Of a stretch of 64,000 nt of DNA, positions 9,044-18,450 are shown in pieces; positions within the stretch are counted from its first letter, which is position 1, and every line of letters starts with the position of its first letter. The position numbers and the translations under genes are program-made. The notes under the pieces were generated by a model, which worked only from the letters and a program-made list of their open reading frames with translations, ran no database searches and was not told the origin of the DNA. Source of the DNA: Chitinophaga pinensis (GTDB lineage: Bacteria; Bacteroidota; Bacteroidia; NS11-12g; UBA955); the NCBI GenBank assembly GCA_945877575.1, contig CAMDUE010000009.1:7173-71172 (forward strand), given 5' to 3'.

Positions 9044-10399
9044 TTAGCCAAAGAGCCAAGAAAAAACCTCATCCACTTTTCCGAATTCGTGAACGCGTAT
9101 TTTGCGGTTGGAGTCAGCAGATACTTTGTTGTATTTAGATATTATGATGTCTGTGAATCCCAGTTTCTCAGCTTCGGTTATTCGTTGTTCAGCGCGTTGA
9201 ACCGCTCTAACTTCCCCAGAAAGCCCAACTTCGGCGGAGAAAACGTAGCCTTGTGGTAGTGATATTCCTTGGTAGCTGCTCATGATCGCAGATATCAGAG
9301 GAAGGTCTAATGCTGGATCTTCTAAGCGCAGACCGCCAGCTAAATTCACAAATACATCTTGTTGACCCAATCTGAACCCACAGCGTTTTTCTAAAACCGC
9401 TAACAACATATTGAGTCTTCGCAGGTCAAATCCGGTAGCTGATCGCTGGGGTGTTCCGTAAACAGCGGTACTAACCAAAGATTGAACTTCTAGCAATAGG
9501 GGACGGATTCCTTCGAGGACGCATCCCACAGAAATGCCGCTGAGAGCTTCGTCGCGCTGAGCGAGCCAAATTTCGGAGGGGTTCTTCACGGGTATGAGTC
9601 CAGAGCCTTGCATTTCGTAGATGCCCAATTCGTGGGTGCTTCCAAATCTATTTTTTAAGGTTCTGAGGATTCTATATATATGATGACGGTCACCTTCAAA
9701 TTGAAGCACGGTATCAACCATGTGTTCCAGTAATTTAGGACCTGCAATTGCACCGTCTTTGGTGATATGCCCAATCAAGAAAACCGGTGTCTGAGTTTCT
9801 TTGGCGAATTGGAGAAGTTTACCCGTGCATTCTCTGATTTGGGAAATGCTGCCGGGAGTGGCTTCAAGTTGGTCAGAATATAGGGTTTGAATGGAGTCTA
9901 CTACGAGTAAATCGGGTTTTGACTGCTCTAGATGTTCTAAAATATTCTCGAGCAGTGTTTCAGTAAGTATTTGACAACCCTCGTTAGTAATGCCAATGCG
10001 TTCTGCGCGCATTTTGATTTGGGTTTCACTTTCTTCGCCACTTACATAAAGTACGTTGGCCTGGGTTTGAAGGGCCATTTGAAGGAGTAATGTGCTTTTG
10101 CCTATACCCGGTTCACCGCCTAATAAAATGATTGAGCCGGCAACAACCCCTCCGCCCAAAACTAAATTTAACTCGCTGTCGCTGAGTATCCATCGCTCTT
10201 GTTCAAGAGTTTGAATTTCATTGATAGGAGTGGGTGACACTATTTTCCTGCTGCTTTTTTTCCATGCTTGAACATTGTTAGATGGTTTCATTTCTTCCGA
10301 TAGGGTGTTCCATTGGTTGCAACCCGGACATTTCCCGATCCATTTGGGACTTTCAAATCCGCAAGAGCGGCAATAAAAGGCAGTTTTTTGTTTGGCCAT
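9044..10399 (-). CDS. radA: DNA repair protein RadA/Sms
   Basis: N-terminal zinc ribbon (CRSCGFESPKWIGKCPGCNQWNT), Walker A (GGEPGIGKST) and a Lon-like C-terminal domain. The real start is the ATG at 10399 (MAKQKTAFYC…); the ORF-track extension to 10519 is an artefact. Confidence 0.9.
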   Translation of the reverse strand: MAKQKTAFYCRSCGFESPKWIGKCPGCNQWNTLSEEMKPSNNVQAWKKSSRKIVSPTPINEIQTLEQERWILSDSELNLVLGGGVVAGSIILLGGEPGIGKSTLLLQMALQTQANVLYVSGEESETQIKMRAERIGITNEGCQILTETLLENILEHLEQSKPDLLVVDSIQTLYSDQLEATPGSISQIRECTGKLLQFAKETQTPVFLIGHITKDGAIAGPKLLEHMVDTVLQFEGDRHHIYRILRTLKNRFGSTHELGIYEMQGSGLIPVKNPSEIWLAQRDEALSGISVGCVLEGIRPLLLEVQSLVSTAVYGTPQRSATGFDLRRLNMLLAVLEKRCGFRLGQQDVFVNLAGGLRLEDPALDLPLISAIMSSYQGISLPQGYVFSAEVGLSGEVRAVQRAEQRITEAEKLGFTDIIISKYNKVSADSNRKIRVHEFGKVDEVFSWLFG

Positions 10400-10548
10400 C
10401 TTAAGAGCAAAAATAAGGTTTGGTAAAGTTAAAGAGACTATCGATAAAGAATGAAAGTATTCGACAGGTAATTTAGAGTTATTCCAAATAATTCGTAATT
10501 TTGTATTCGTAAAAAACAAAGAAAAGTCCCTCTAAAATCAATAAAATC

Positions 10549-11118
10549 ATGGAAAAAAGCATCAATGACATTGTAACGGTATACGCAGAGGCTACACCCA
10601 ATCCTGAGAGTATGAAATTTGTGGCTAACAGAATGTTGTTGCCCAATGACAGCGCTGATTTTAGAAACAAAGAAAAAGCAGAAAGTTCTCCATTGGCCAA
10701 GGCTTTGTTTGAGATGAATTTCGTTCAAGGTATATTTATCATGAATAATTTTGTGAGTATCACCAAAAACGGAGAATATGAATGGTTCGATTTAATTCCT
10801 GATTTGAGAAACTTTTTTACTGAGTGGCTTGAACAAGGAAAAGAGATTGTAAGTCCCAAGAAAGAACTATCCGAAGAAGAAGAAACCGAAATAGAGCGTA
10901 AAATCAAACAATTGCTTGAAGATCACGTTCGCCCGGCAGTCGAAATGGACGGCGGAGCCATTGATTTTAAGTCGTTCAAAGACGGCATTGTAACGGTTGA
11001 GTTAAAGGGTAGCTGCAGTGGTTGTCCATCATCAACAATGACGTTGAAATCTGGGATTGAGAATTTATTGAAGCGCATGGTTCCAGAAGTGGAATCTGTT
11101 GAAGCATACGGTGTATAG
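10549..11118 (+). CDS. NifU/Nfu-type Fe-S cluster assembly protein (Nfu_N domain plus C-terminal NifU-like CxxC domain)
   Basis: C-terminal GSCSGCPSSTMTLKSGIENLL motif and an N-terminal Nfu_N-like region. Confidence 0.8.
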   Translation: MEKSINDIVTVYAEATPNPESMKFVANRMLLPNDSADFRNKEKAESSPLAKALFEMNFVQGIFIMNNFVSITKNGEYEWFDLIPDLRNFFTEWLEQGKEIVSPKKELSEEEETEIERKIKQLLEDHVRPAVEMDGGAIDFKSFKDGIVTVELKGSCSGCPSSTMTLKSGIENLLKRMVPEVESVEAYGV

Positions 11119-11158
11119 TTGTGTAAAACTATTACACATCTTTTAAAAAGCACACAAC
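11118..11158. promoter_or_regulatory. Nested inverted repeats just after the nfu stop and upstream of the acyl-CoA synthetase gene (GTTGTGT…ACACAAC outer arms; GTGTAA-N5-TTACAC inner hairpin)
   Basis: Seen in the sequence. The left arm can pair with either partner. No T-tract follows, so it is not a classical intrinsic terminator. Confidence 0.3.
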
Positions 11159-11214
11159 TCTTTTCTTTTTAGAGGAAAAAGACACATATTTGTCGAAATA
11201 CTATTTTCGCATAT

Positions 11215-13131
11215 ATGGAATCTTTAGCCGAAAAGCGGATGCAAAACGATCCACAGTTCAAATCGTTGCATCAATTTTTTCTTAATTCTACAAATCAAAT
11301 TCACAATCCAGACAAAACCTTCTTAATGCAGAAGATTTCTGGAGAATGGATAGAATTTTCATACCGTGAGTTGTTGGTTGATATCAATAAAGTTGCCTCT
11401 TTTTTCATAGAAGAGGGACTTGTAAAGGGCGATAGAGTAGCTATCATGCTCGAGAACTGCCCACAGTATTACATCATTGACCAGGCCTTACAGAAATTGG
11501 GAATGGTGAATGTATCAATTTATCCAACATTAACACCAGAGGAGACTAGATTCATCATTAATGATTCGGGCTCTAAAATGTGCTTTGCAGGGAATTCTTT
11601 TTTATTGAAAAAAGTTCAAAAAATTGAAGCTGAGTGCCCAACATTAAATAAGTTAATTTTTGTGCCGTCTGATAAACCTGAAGAGGGAACCGTGATTAAT
11701 TATTCAACGGTTTTATCTGTTGGTGAGTCTTCATTAGAAAAGAATTCTCAAGAAATCGAAAAGCGTTTTGAAGCAGTAGAAAAGTCAGATTTGTGCACAT
11801 TGATCTATACTTCTGGAACCACGGGTGTTCCAAAGGGCGCTATGCTGACTCATTATAATTTTATGAGCAATTGTTACGATGCGAAGGAACTTTGTCCTGC
11901 AATTGAAGAATCTGATTTGTATTTATCATTCTTGCCTTTAAGTCACGTTTTCGAAAGAATGGCAACCATGTATTTGAGTACGTATGTGGGTGCTGCAGTG
12001 GCTTTTTCCGAAGGAATTGAAAAAGTAGCAAGCAATATCCAAGAGGTTCGTCCAACGGTAATGGCTTCTGTGCCAAGATTGTTGGAGCGAATTCATGAAA
12101 AAGTCATGAAAAACGGAACTGCAGGCGGTGGAATCAAAGCAAAAATTTTCACATGGGCTTTGGGAGTAGGAGAGCAATGCCGATTGGTTCGAGAACAAGG
12201 AAAAACGCCATCCGGCTTATTAGCTCTAAAGAGTGGAATAGCAGAGAAATTGGTATTCAGTAAAATCAAAGCAAAGATGGGCGGAAGAATGAAGATGTTG
12301 ATCTCAGGTGGTGGCGCTTTGCCCCCACACGTGGGAATTTTCTTCGGGAATTTAGGTTTGAAGGTTCAAGAAGGCTTTGGACTTACCGAGACATCGCCTT
12401 TTGTTACGGTGAATGAGTTTCACCGTCAAGTTTATGGAACCGTAGGTAGGGTTGCACCACGCCAATATGTGGCCATTCAGAATGTGGAGACTTTGGAAAT
12501 CATCACTGTTCAACACTACGATAGCTTTGACCCTAGTTTCAGAAGCGAAGAAGGTGAGATTTTAACCAAAGGACCAAACGTCATGAAGGGATATTGGCAA
12601 AATAAGGAAGAAACAGATAAAGTTTTTGATGCCGATGGTTGGTTCCATACTGGAGACATTGGACGTTTTGATCAGGGATACTTGAAAATTACGGATCGTT
12701 TGAAGAATATGTTGAAGACCTCTTTGGGCAAGAATATTTATCCGACCCAAATAGAGAACGTGTTGTTAAAGAGTGAAAGGTTGGATCAGGTATTTATTAT
12801 TGGAGACAAGCGCGAGTATTTGACTGCTTTGATTGTTCCTAGTTTAGAGACTTTGCAAGAACAACTGCCGTCTAAGGTGGCATTGATGGAATCTGGCGGG
12901 GAATTTATTGAAGATGAGGAATTGACTAAATGGTTGGCTCAAGACATCAAGAAATTGTCTAACAATTTGGCAAAGTTTGAAAGAATTAAAAACTTCTTGG
13001 TGAAGAGAGAACCATTCAGTATTGAGAATGGAGATATGACCATCACCCTTAAGGTAAAACGCAAAGTGGTTATGGAGAAATACGCAGCTGAGATAGAAGC
13101 TATGTATGCTCAAACCGATTGTCCACTATAA
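11215..13131 (+). CDS. Long-chain fatty-acid--CoA ligase (AMP-binding superfamily)
   Basis: AMP-binding motif LIYTSGTTGVPKGAML and the length and architecture of long-chain acyl-CoA synthetases. Confidence 0.85.
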   Translation: MESLAEKRMQNDPQFKSLHQFFLNSTNQIHNPDKTFLMQKISGEWIEFSYRELLVDINKVASFFIEEGLVKGDRVAIMLENCPQYYIIDQALQKLGMVNVSIYPTLTPEETRFIINDSGSKMCFAGNSFLLKKVQKIEAECPTLNKLIFVPSDKPEEGTVINYSTVLSVGESSLEKNSQEIEKRFEAVEKSDLCTLIYTSGTTGVPKGAMLTHYNFMSNCYDAKELCPAIEESDLYLSFLPLSHVFERMATMYLSTYVGAAVAFSEGIEKVASNIQEVRPTVMASVPRLLERIHEKVMKNGTAGGGIKAKIFTWALGVGEQCRLVREQGKTPSGLLALKSGIAEKLVFSKIKAKMGGRMKMLISGGGALPPHVGIFFGNLGLKVQEGFGLTETSPFVTVNEFHRQVYGTVGRVAPRQYVAIQNVETLEIITVQHYDSFDPSFRSEEGEILTKGPNVMKGYWQNKEETDKVFDADGWFHTGDIGRFDQGYLKITDRLKNMLKTSLGKNIYPTQIENVLLKSERLDQVFIIGDKREYLTALIVPSLETLQEQLPSKVALMESGGEFIEDEELTKWLAQDIKKLSNNLAKFERIKNFLVKREPFSIENGDMTITLKVKRKVVMEKYAAEIEAMYAQTDCPL

Positions 13132-13138
13132 GAGTGAA

Positions 13139-13777
13139 TTACAAAAATTTATTCGCTAAAAACAGAATTAGGAAAAATCCGAATTGAATATAAAACAAAG
13201 ATGCTGCCATGCGGTTGCGAATGGGTTTCGCAATCGCATTTAGTATCAGGTGAAAAACCAGCGCTATCAGAAACCAAGCTACATAATTTTGGATAGGAAT
13301 GATTCCGTCTTTCCAATCCCAAAAGTCGTATTTCATGGCCACTGGCTCCATAAAGAAATCATACAATGTCATAACTGCAGCGCCTAAGATTGAACGCCCT
13401 AGATTGCTTTTTACAGCACCTGCGAAAATACTAGAGGTATATAATATGAGTGCTGCCCAGTTTAATCCAATTAAATAAGGAGTGCCTTGCCATTTGGCTC
13501 CAAGGGTAGAGCCATAAGCATAAGATCCAAAGATAACGCCGGTTTTAACTCCTATAAATTCTACGAAAAATCCGGCCACGCCTAAACCTAGTATAGTTAA
13601 CAAGTGAGATAGTTCCCATTTTTTGTGGAATATCCATGCAATAACAAATGCAGCAATTAAGTTCCATGGGGTTAATTTGAGAAACAGCGGATTTAATTCA
13701 GGGATAAGGAATCCTGCAATTCCAACTACATATATAATAGAGACCACCCAGATAAATCGATTTTCTACAGTTTGCAT
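13139..13777 (-). CDS. Polytopic membrane protein, putative carotenoid biosynthesis protein (DUF422/CruF-like), next to the crtD-like gene
   Basis: About six predicted TM helices and a position next to a carotenoid desaturase. The family assignment rests on context and length, not on a verified motif. Confidence 0.4.
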   Translation of the reverse strand: MQTVENRFIWVVSIIYVVGIAGFLIPELNPLFLKLTPWNLIAAFVIAWIFHKKWELSHLLTILGLGVAGFFVEFIGVKTGVIFGSYAYGSTLGAKWQGTPYLIGLNWAALILYTSSIFAGAVKSNLGRSILGAAVMTLYDFFMEPVAMKYDFWDWKDGIIPIQNYVAWFLIALVFHLILNAIAKPIRNRMAASLFYIQFGFFLILFLANKFL

Positions 13778-13780
13778 GGT

Positions 13781-15238
13781 TTAATTTTTTTCAAAGATAA
13801 CTTTACTTACTATTTTGGCACTCAATAGGCAGAGTGGAATTCCTCCACCAGGATGAACACTGCCTCCGCAGAAGTACAGATTGTCAAACTGATTTGAAAA
13901 GTTTGACTGTCTAAAAAAGGCAGACATTCTATCATTAGAGCTCGATCCATATAAACTGCCCTTGTTAGAGCCCGTTCTAGATTCAATAGTAACGGGATCT
14001 AGGACAGACTCACAAACTATATGATTTTGGATATTAACCTTTAAATGCTCGGAGAGTTTCTGTAGAATAAAAGTTTTTGCTTGTTGGGTAATTTGGTCCC
14101 AGTCTTGCCCATTGTTATAGGGTACATTAATCATCACAAACCAATTTTCTCCCTCTGATGGGGCATCTTGCTTGATTAACTTAGATGTAATGTTAATATA
14201 TATGGTAGGGTCGTGGTGCAGTGTATGCGTTTTAAAGATTGCTTTGAATTCATCTCTATAGCTTTCTGCAAAAAAGATGTTGTGAATGTCAAGTTCAGAG
14301 AAAGTTCTGTTTATGCCCCAATAAAAAATAAGAGCTGAGCTTGAGTTTTCTGCGTGATCAATTTTTCGAGGGACATCAATGTTAAGTAATTTGTTATACA
14401 CAATTTTAGCATCCACATTGGCAATTACCCCGTCAGTACTGAGTTCTTGATTATTTTCAAGACTCAAGGATGTTATCATTTGGTTATGGTGATTGATGCT
14501 TTTTACCTTTTGATTGTAACGAAAGTTGACGCCAAGTCTTAAAGATTGTTCAACGAGGATATCAGCAATTTGTCTCATTCCCAGTTTTGGGAGGTGTGCG
14601 CCGTATTCAAATTCTAGATGTGGAATCACGTTGAGCGTTGCCGGCGCTTGGTAAGGGTCTGAACCGTTGTAGGTGGCATATCGAGAAAAGAACTGGATCA
14701 ATTTTGGGTTGGTAAATCTTTTTTCGAGGGACTGATTCATGGTTTTAAACATTTCCAATCGCCACAAATTTGCAATACCACGGAGACCTGAAGGTTTGGT
14801 GTAAGTGCTTAATTTATGAAGACTATTTTCAAGAAAAACTGGGGCGGTGATATCATAGACGATTTTCGATTTCTTGAGAAAGCCCGAAATTGCATCCGCA
14901 TCTTCGATGAAGAATTGCGATGCATCGTTGACAAACGCTTCCTGATTGGCTGAAACTTGGAATCTGCTTTGGTCGCTAAAAAAATAATGGCAAAGAATTG
15001 GCAGTTTTTCAACCTGAAATTTTTGATTTAAATCTTCATCCAACAATTCACGAACAAATTGCGGCATGGTGAAAAGTGATGGGCCGGTATCAAACCTGTA
15101 ACCGTCCATTTCGAGAACACCCAATTTGCCACCGTAGGTGGAATGTTGTTCAAAGACATCAACTTGATGTCCCAAACGTGCAAGTCGAATGGCTGTTGCG
15201 AGGCCCGCAATGCCACTGCCAACGATTGAGAATTGCAT
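13781..15238 (-). CDS. crtD: Phytoene-desaturase-family FAD oxidoreductase, probably a 1-hydroxycarotenoid 3,4-desaturase (CrtD-like)
   Basis: MQFSIVGSGIAGLATAIRLA dinucleotide-binding fold and CrtI-family length. The ORF-track start at 15427 adds 63 implausible residues; the real ATG is at 15238. The CrtD rather than second-CrtI call is inferred from the adjacent CruF-like gene. Confidence 0.65.
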   Translation of the reverse strand: MQFSIVGSGIAGLATAIRLARLGHQVDVFEQHSTYGGKLGVLEMDGYRFDTGPSLFTMPQFVRELLDEDLNQKFQVEKLPILCHYFFSDQSRFQVSANQEAFVNDASQFFIEDADAISGFLKKSKIVYDITAPVFLENSLHKLSTYTKPSGLRGIANLWRLEMFKTMNQSLEKRFTNPKLIQFFSRYATYNGSDPYQAPATLNVIPHLEFEYGAHLPKLGMRQIADILVEQSLRLGVNFRYNQKVKSINHHNQMITSLSLENNQELSTDGVIANVDAKIVYNKLLNIDVPRKIDHAENSSSALIFYWGINRTFSELDIHNIFFAESYRDEFKAIFKTHTLHHDPTIYINITSKLIKQDAPSEGENWFVMINVPYNNGQDWDQITQQAKTFILQKLSEHLKVNIQNHIVCESVLDPVTIESRTGSNKGSLYGSSSNDRMSAFFRQSNFSNQFDNLYFCGGSVHPGGGIPLCLLSAKIVSKVIFEKN

Positions 15239-15449
15239 AGATTTAGTACAATTTTCGATGTTAAATTGTTGTTCTAAATGTAAATAAATCATTGCTTTGT
15301 TTAAAACATGCGAGGAGTTGCAATGTAAGCAACAGGATATCAATGAGTTGTATTCAATAAAAAAAAATAAAAAAAATATTGAGAATCCTTTGCAGATTCT
15401 GAAATCTATTTTATTTTTGCCACACACTCAATAAAAAATAAAAGGAAAA

Positions 15450-15641
15450 ATGAAAAAATTCACTTTCGCTTTGGCAGCATGTGCAGCTTTCGCTTTCGCT
15501 GCTTGTGGAAACAACAACACTGAAGAGACTCCAGCAGTAGATTCTCCTGCAGTTGAAGAAACTGTAGCACCTGACACTACTACTGACACAGCTACTACTG
15601 ACACAGCTGTAGCTCCTGCAACTGAAGAGGCTGCTAAGTAA
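15450..15641 (+). CDS. Small acidic Thr/Ala/Pro-rich lipoprotein (63 aa)
   Basis: Signal peptide with a lipobox-like AFAAC|G. The mature part is low-complexity (TEETPAVDSPAVEETVAPDTTTDTATTDTAVAPATEEAAK). A strong intrinsic terminator follows directly. Confidence 0.45.
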   Translation: MKKFTFALAACAAFAFAACGNNNTEETPAVDSPAVEETVAPDTTTDTATTDTAVAPATEEAAK

Positions 15642-15663
15642 TCCACAAAATTTAGAAAAAAGG

Positions 15664-15693
15664 AAAGGCACTTGTAAAAGTGCCTTTTTTTTT
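15664..15693 (+). terminator. Rho-independent terminator (AGGCACT-tgtaaa-AGTGCCT followed by T9)
   Basis: A perfect 7-bp stem plus a U-run about 25 nt after the stop of the 63-aa ORF. Confidence 0.8.
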
Positions 15694-15707
15694 ATTTCTT
15701 TGTACCA

Positions 15708-16082
15708 ATGATTAGAAAAATACTCTTGTTTTCTTTCATATTCGCTTTAGTTTATGTGGGCCGCGCCAATGCAGTCCCAAATCCTATTGATGGTAACCCC
15801 AATGAAATCGGGGGTCCTCAGTTTACAATTACTCCAAATCCGGTGAACGGATCTTATTTTTCTGTTAATATCACTTTTACAGAAGCAGATTATCCAGACG
15901 CTACAGTGGTGATTTCTGATGTACTCGGAAAGCAAGTTTTTATTCATTCATTGAAGAAAACTGATTTTTTGGAAGGGAAAGTGAGAATTAACGTCATGGA
16001 CGCTGGCCTAGATAAGGGCGTTTATTTTGTTCAAATGAAGAGTGGTGATATTACTCGCACACTCAAACTAGCTATACGCTAA
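15708..16082 (+). CDS. Minimal T9SS substrate: signal peptide, ~15-residue passenger and a type A C-terminal sorting domain
   Basis: Signal peptide MIRKILLFSFIFALVYVGRANA, then the CTD-like TITPNPVNGSYFSVNI…GVYFVQMKSGDITRTLKLAIR. Confidence 0.65.
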   Translation: MIRKILLFSFIFALVYVGRANAVPNPIDGNPNEIGGPQFTITPNPVNGSYFSVNITFTEADYPDATVVISDVLGKQVFIHSLKKTDFLEGKVRINVMDAGLDKGVYFVQMKSGDITRTLKLAIR

Positions 16083-16090
16083 TCTTTACC

Positions 16091-16537
16091 ATGCCTATAC
16101 GGCAGGCACAGCCACCCGATTTTATTCATGTTCATGATTTAATTACTGAGTTAGCTCATTTCGAAAAGGCCCCGCTTGAAGTAATTACGACTCCCGAAAC
16201 ACTAGAGAGAGCTTGTTGTTCAAATTCTCCATTAGCATGGTGTTGGGTAGCAGAAAATACGGATGGCACAATAGTAGGTGCAGCGGTGTGTTATGTGCGC
16301 TATTCAACCTGGAAAGGGCCTGTTTTTTATTTGGAAGATCTAATAGTTTCTGAAAGCCATCGTAGAAGTGGGTGGGGCCGAAAATTATTGACGGCAATCA
16401 TTGAATTTGCGAAGAAACAAGGTTATTCAAGAGTTCAATGGCAGGTTTTAGATTGGAATCAAAGTGCGATTGAGTTTTATAAACAATTTAATGCTCATTT
16501 TGATGGAGAATGGATCAATGTTCACGTTGAAAACTGA
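16091..16537 (+). CDS. GNAT family N-acetyltransferase
   Basis: Acetyl-CoA binding region (HRRSGWGRKLLTAIIEFAKKQG). Confidence 0.85.
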   Translation: MPIRQAQPPDFIHVHDLITELAHFEKAPLEVITTPETLERACCSNSPLAWCWVAENTDGTIVGAAVCYVRYSTWKGPVFYLEDLIVSESHRRSGWGRKLLTAIIEFAKKQGYSRVQWQVLDWNQSAIEFYKQFNAHFDGEWINVHVEN

Positions 16538-17183
16538 TAGAACAAGGCTGGGTTGGTCGAATTTCACCTTTCTATTCGTCGTTTTATTGGTAATGTTTGT
16601 CGTGTTTCTGAGGCAAACGCCTTTGATCTTGGCTTTCTATTCTACACATCCCCGTGATTTAAACGATTTTCATACGGCCTTCACAGGTTCATGGCTGCAC
16701 GGTAGTTGGGAACATTTGTGGGGTAATATTTCTGCACTGGCTGGATTGGGAACGGTTTTTATATTATTATTTCCTAAGAAGATGCCGCTGTTTTTTGTGG
16801 CCCAATGGATACTCTCAGGGGTTATTTTGTTTTTCTTGGGAAGGTCAGGGCAATCGCATTTGGGTGCATCGACTTGGGCATATTCTTTCGCCTCATTTCT
16901 TGGTGTTCTATCGCTAGTTCACCCCAATCATAAGGCTAAATCAATATTATTCTTGGTAGTTTTATTTTACGGCACCATGTGGTGGGGATTGCTACCCTTG
17001 ATTCCTGGAATCTCATGGCAAGGTCACCTCAGCGGTACATTGGCGGGGATTTTGATAGCCTTGTTTAGGTTGGAATTTTGGATAAACGCAATGAACATCC
17101 CCCGAGAGGGAATAAAATCAGATGAATTTTTAAAAGATGATGATGAAGAACCCTTGCCTTCTAATCCTTTCGATGATATTTAG
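16518..17183 (+). CDS. Rhomboid-family intramembrane serine protease (probable)
   Basis: Multi-TM protein with a GxSG-like catalytic serine (LGASTWAYSF) and a His-containing helix (GHLSGTLAGILIALF). The ATG start at 16518 overlaps the GNAT gene by 20 bp; the ORF-track start at 16464 overlaps it by 74 bp. Confidence 0.55.
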   Translation: MFTLKTDRTRLGWSNFTFLFVVLLVMFVVFLRQTPLILAFYSTHPRDLNDFHTAFTGSWLHGSWEHLWGNISALAGLGTVFILLFPKKMPLFFVAQWILSGVILFFLGRSGQSHLGASTWAYSFASFLGVLSLVHPNHKAKSILFLVVLFYGTMWWGLLPLIPGISWQGHLSGTLAGILIALFRLEFWINAMNIPREGIKSDEFLKDDDEEPLPSNPFDDI

Positions 17184-18436
17184 GATGTAGTAGCTGGGGA
17201 TTCTATTTTTTCAGGTGATTTAAATAAGAAAATAAAAGCGATGGCGACAATGAGCGAATAAGCTGAAAAGGTGAGCCAAATGCTTTGCCAGTTTTTAATG
17301 CCCGTTGATGGATCCACAAAATATTTTTGGATGAGGAATCCACTTCCAATAGACCCTAAAATAGCACCAATTCCGTTTACCATCATGGTAAAGAGTCCTT
17401 GTGCGCTAGATCTTATGCTTGGGGATACTGATTTTTCAATGTATAAAGAGCCTGAGACGTTAAAGAAGTCGAAAGCCATTCCGTATATGATGCACGACAA
17501 GATAATCATCCAGAGGCCTTCTGTGGGGTTTCCATAGGCGAATAAAGCAAAGCGGAGTACCCAAGCAAACATGCTTATAAGCATGACTTGTTTGATTCCG
17601 AATCTTTTCATGAAAAAGGGGATGGCTAAAATGAAGAGTGTTTCGCTGATTTGAGATATACTCATAATCATAGCAGGATATCTAACGGCTAAGGAGTTTG
17701 TGTATTCAGGAATGGACTCAAATTCATGGATGAAAGTATCTCCATAGGCATTGGTCAATTGCAAAGCAGCTCCCAACAGCATAGAAAACATGAAGAAAAC
17801 AAAGTAGGTTGGATTTTTCAGCAATGAAAACGAATCTAAACCGAGAATATTGATGATACTGGATTTGCCGCGGGAGTTTTTTCCCAGCGGTGGACAATCA
17901 GGAAACGTGAAAGCGTATAAGCCTAGTATGACTGAAACAACTGCTCCAATGTAAAATTGATTTGGTGATACTTCGCTGTGGGTGAGTGAGACGGTCCACA
18001 ACGCTGCTATGAAACCAACAGTACCCCAGACCCTGATGGGTGGGAAAGATTTAATTACGTCTTCGCCTCTTGTTGTTAGAATATGGTAAGCAACTGTAGA
18101 GGAGAGAGAGAGGGTTGGCATGTAGAAAATCATGGTAGCTAAAATTCTCCAGAACATGTCTGATGGAGAAACGGCAGATGGCACAGTGGCCAATCCAACA
18201 CCTCCCAACAGATGTAAAATCCCGTAAAGTTTTTGAGCGGATATGTGTCTGTCAGCCAATATACCGGTGATTGCAGGCATGAAAAGTGCTGCAATTCCCA
18301 TAGTTGAAAAAATAACACCGAAATCTTGTGAATCCCATTGTTTGGTTTTAAACCAAAACGCACCGATTGTGATAAGCCAAGAGCCCCAAATGAAGAACTG
18401 CAGAAAACTCAGCAGTGTGAGACGAAATTTAATCAT
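17180..18436 (-). CDS. MFS transporter, nucleoside:H+ symporter (NupG/XapB-like) family
   Basis: 12 TM helices, 418 aa, N-terminal FLQFFIWGSWLITIGAFW resembling NupG. Confidence 0.65.
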   Translation of the reverse strand: MIKFRLTLLSFLQFFIWGSWLITIGAFWFKTKQWDSQDFGVIFSTMGIAALFMPAITGILADRHISAQKLYGILHLLGGVGLATVPSAVSPSDMFWRILATMIFYMPTLSLSSTVAYHILTTRGEDVIKSFPPIRVWGTVGFIAALWTVSLTHSEVSPNQFYIGAVVSVILGLYAFTFPDCPPLGKNSRGKSSIINILGLDSFSLLKNPTYFVFFMFSMLLGAALQLTNAYGDTFIHEFESIPEYTNSLAVRYPAMIMSISQISETLFILAIPFFMKRFGIKQVMLISMFAWVLRFALFAYGNPTEGLWMIILSCIIYGMAFDFFNVSGSLYIEKSVSPSIRSSAQGLFTMMVNGIGAILGSIGSGFLIQKYFVDPSTGIKNWQSIWLTFSAYSLIVAIAFIFLFKSPEKIESPATTS

Positions 18437-18450
18437 TTCGTCAAAGTTAA

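Noticed and set aside
9002-9259. An 85-aa plus-strand ORF beginning MGYGDRVSGDRDRG…
   Set aside because: It translates the G-tract spacer and then runs antisense through the radA 3' end. It is a Gly/Arg-rich low-complexity artefact.
13781-15427. The ORF-track version of the crtD-like gene starts at 15427, adding 63 residues (MCGKNKIDFRICKGFSIFFLFFFIEY…).
   Set aside because: The extension is an AT-rich, Phe/Ile-rich read-through of the promoter region. The Rossmann fold begins right at the internal ATG at 15238 (MQFSIVGSGIAG), which gives a normal CrtI-family length.
15411-15671. Antisense ORFs of 86 and 72 aa (Cys/Ser-rich) overlapping the 63-aa lipoprotein gene.
   Set aside because: They are mirror-frame artefacts of a Thr/Ala-rich coding region (ACN/GCN codons read as NGT/NGC in antisense). 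The sense ORF has the signal peptide and the terminator.
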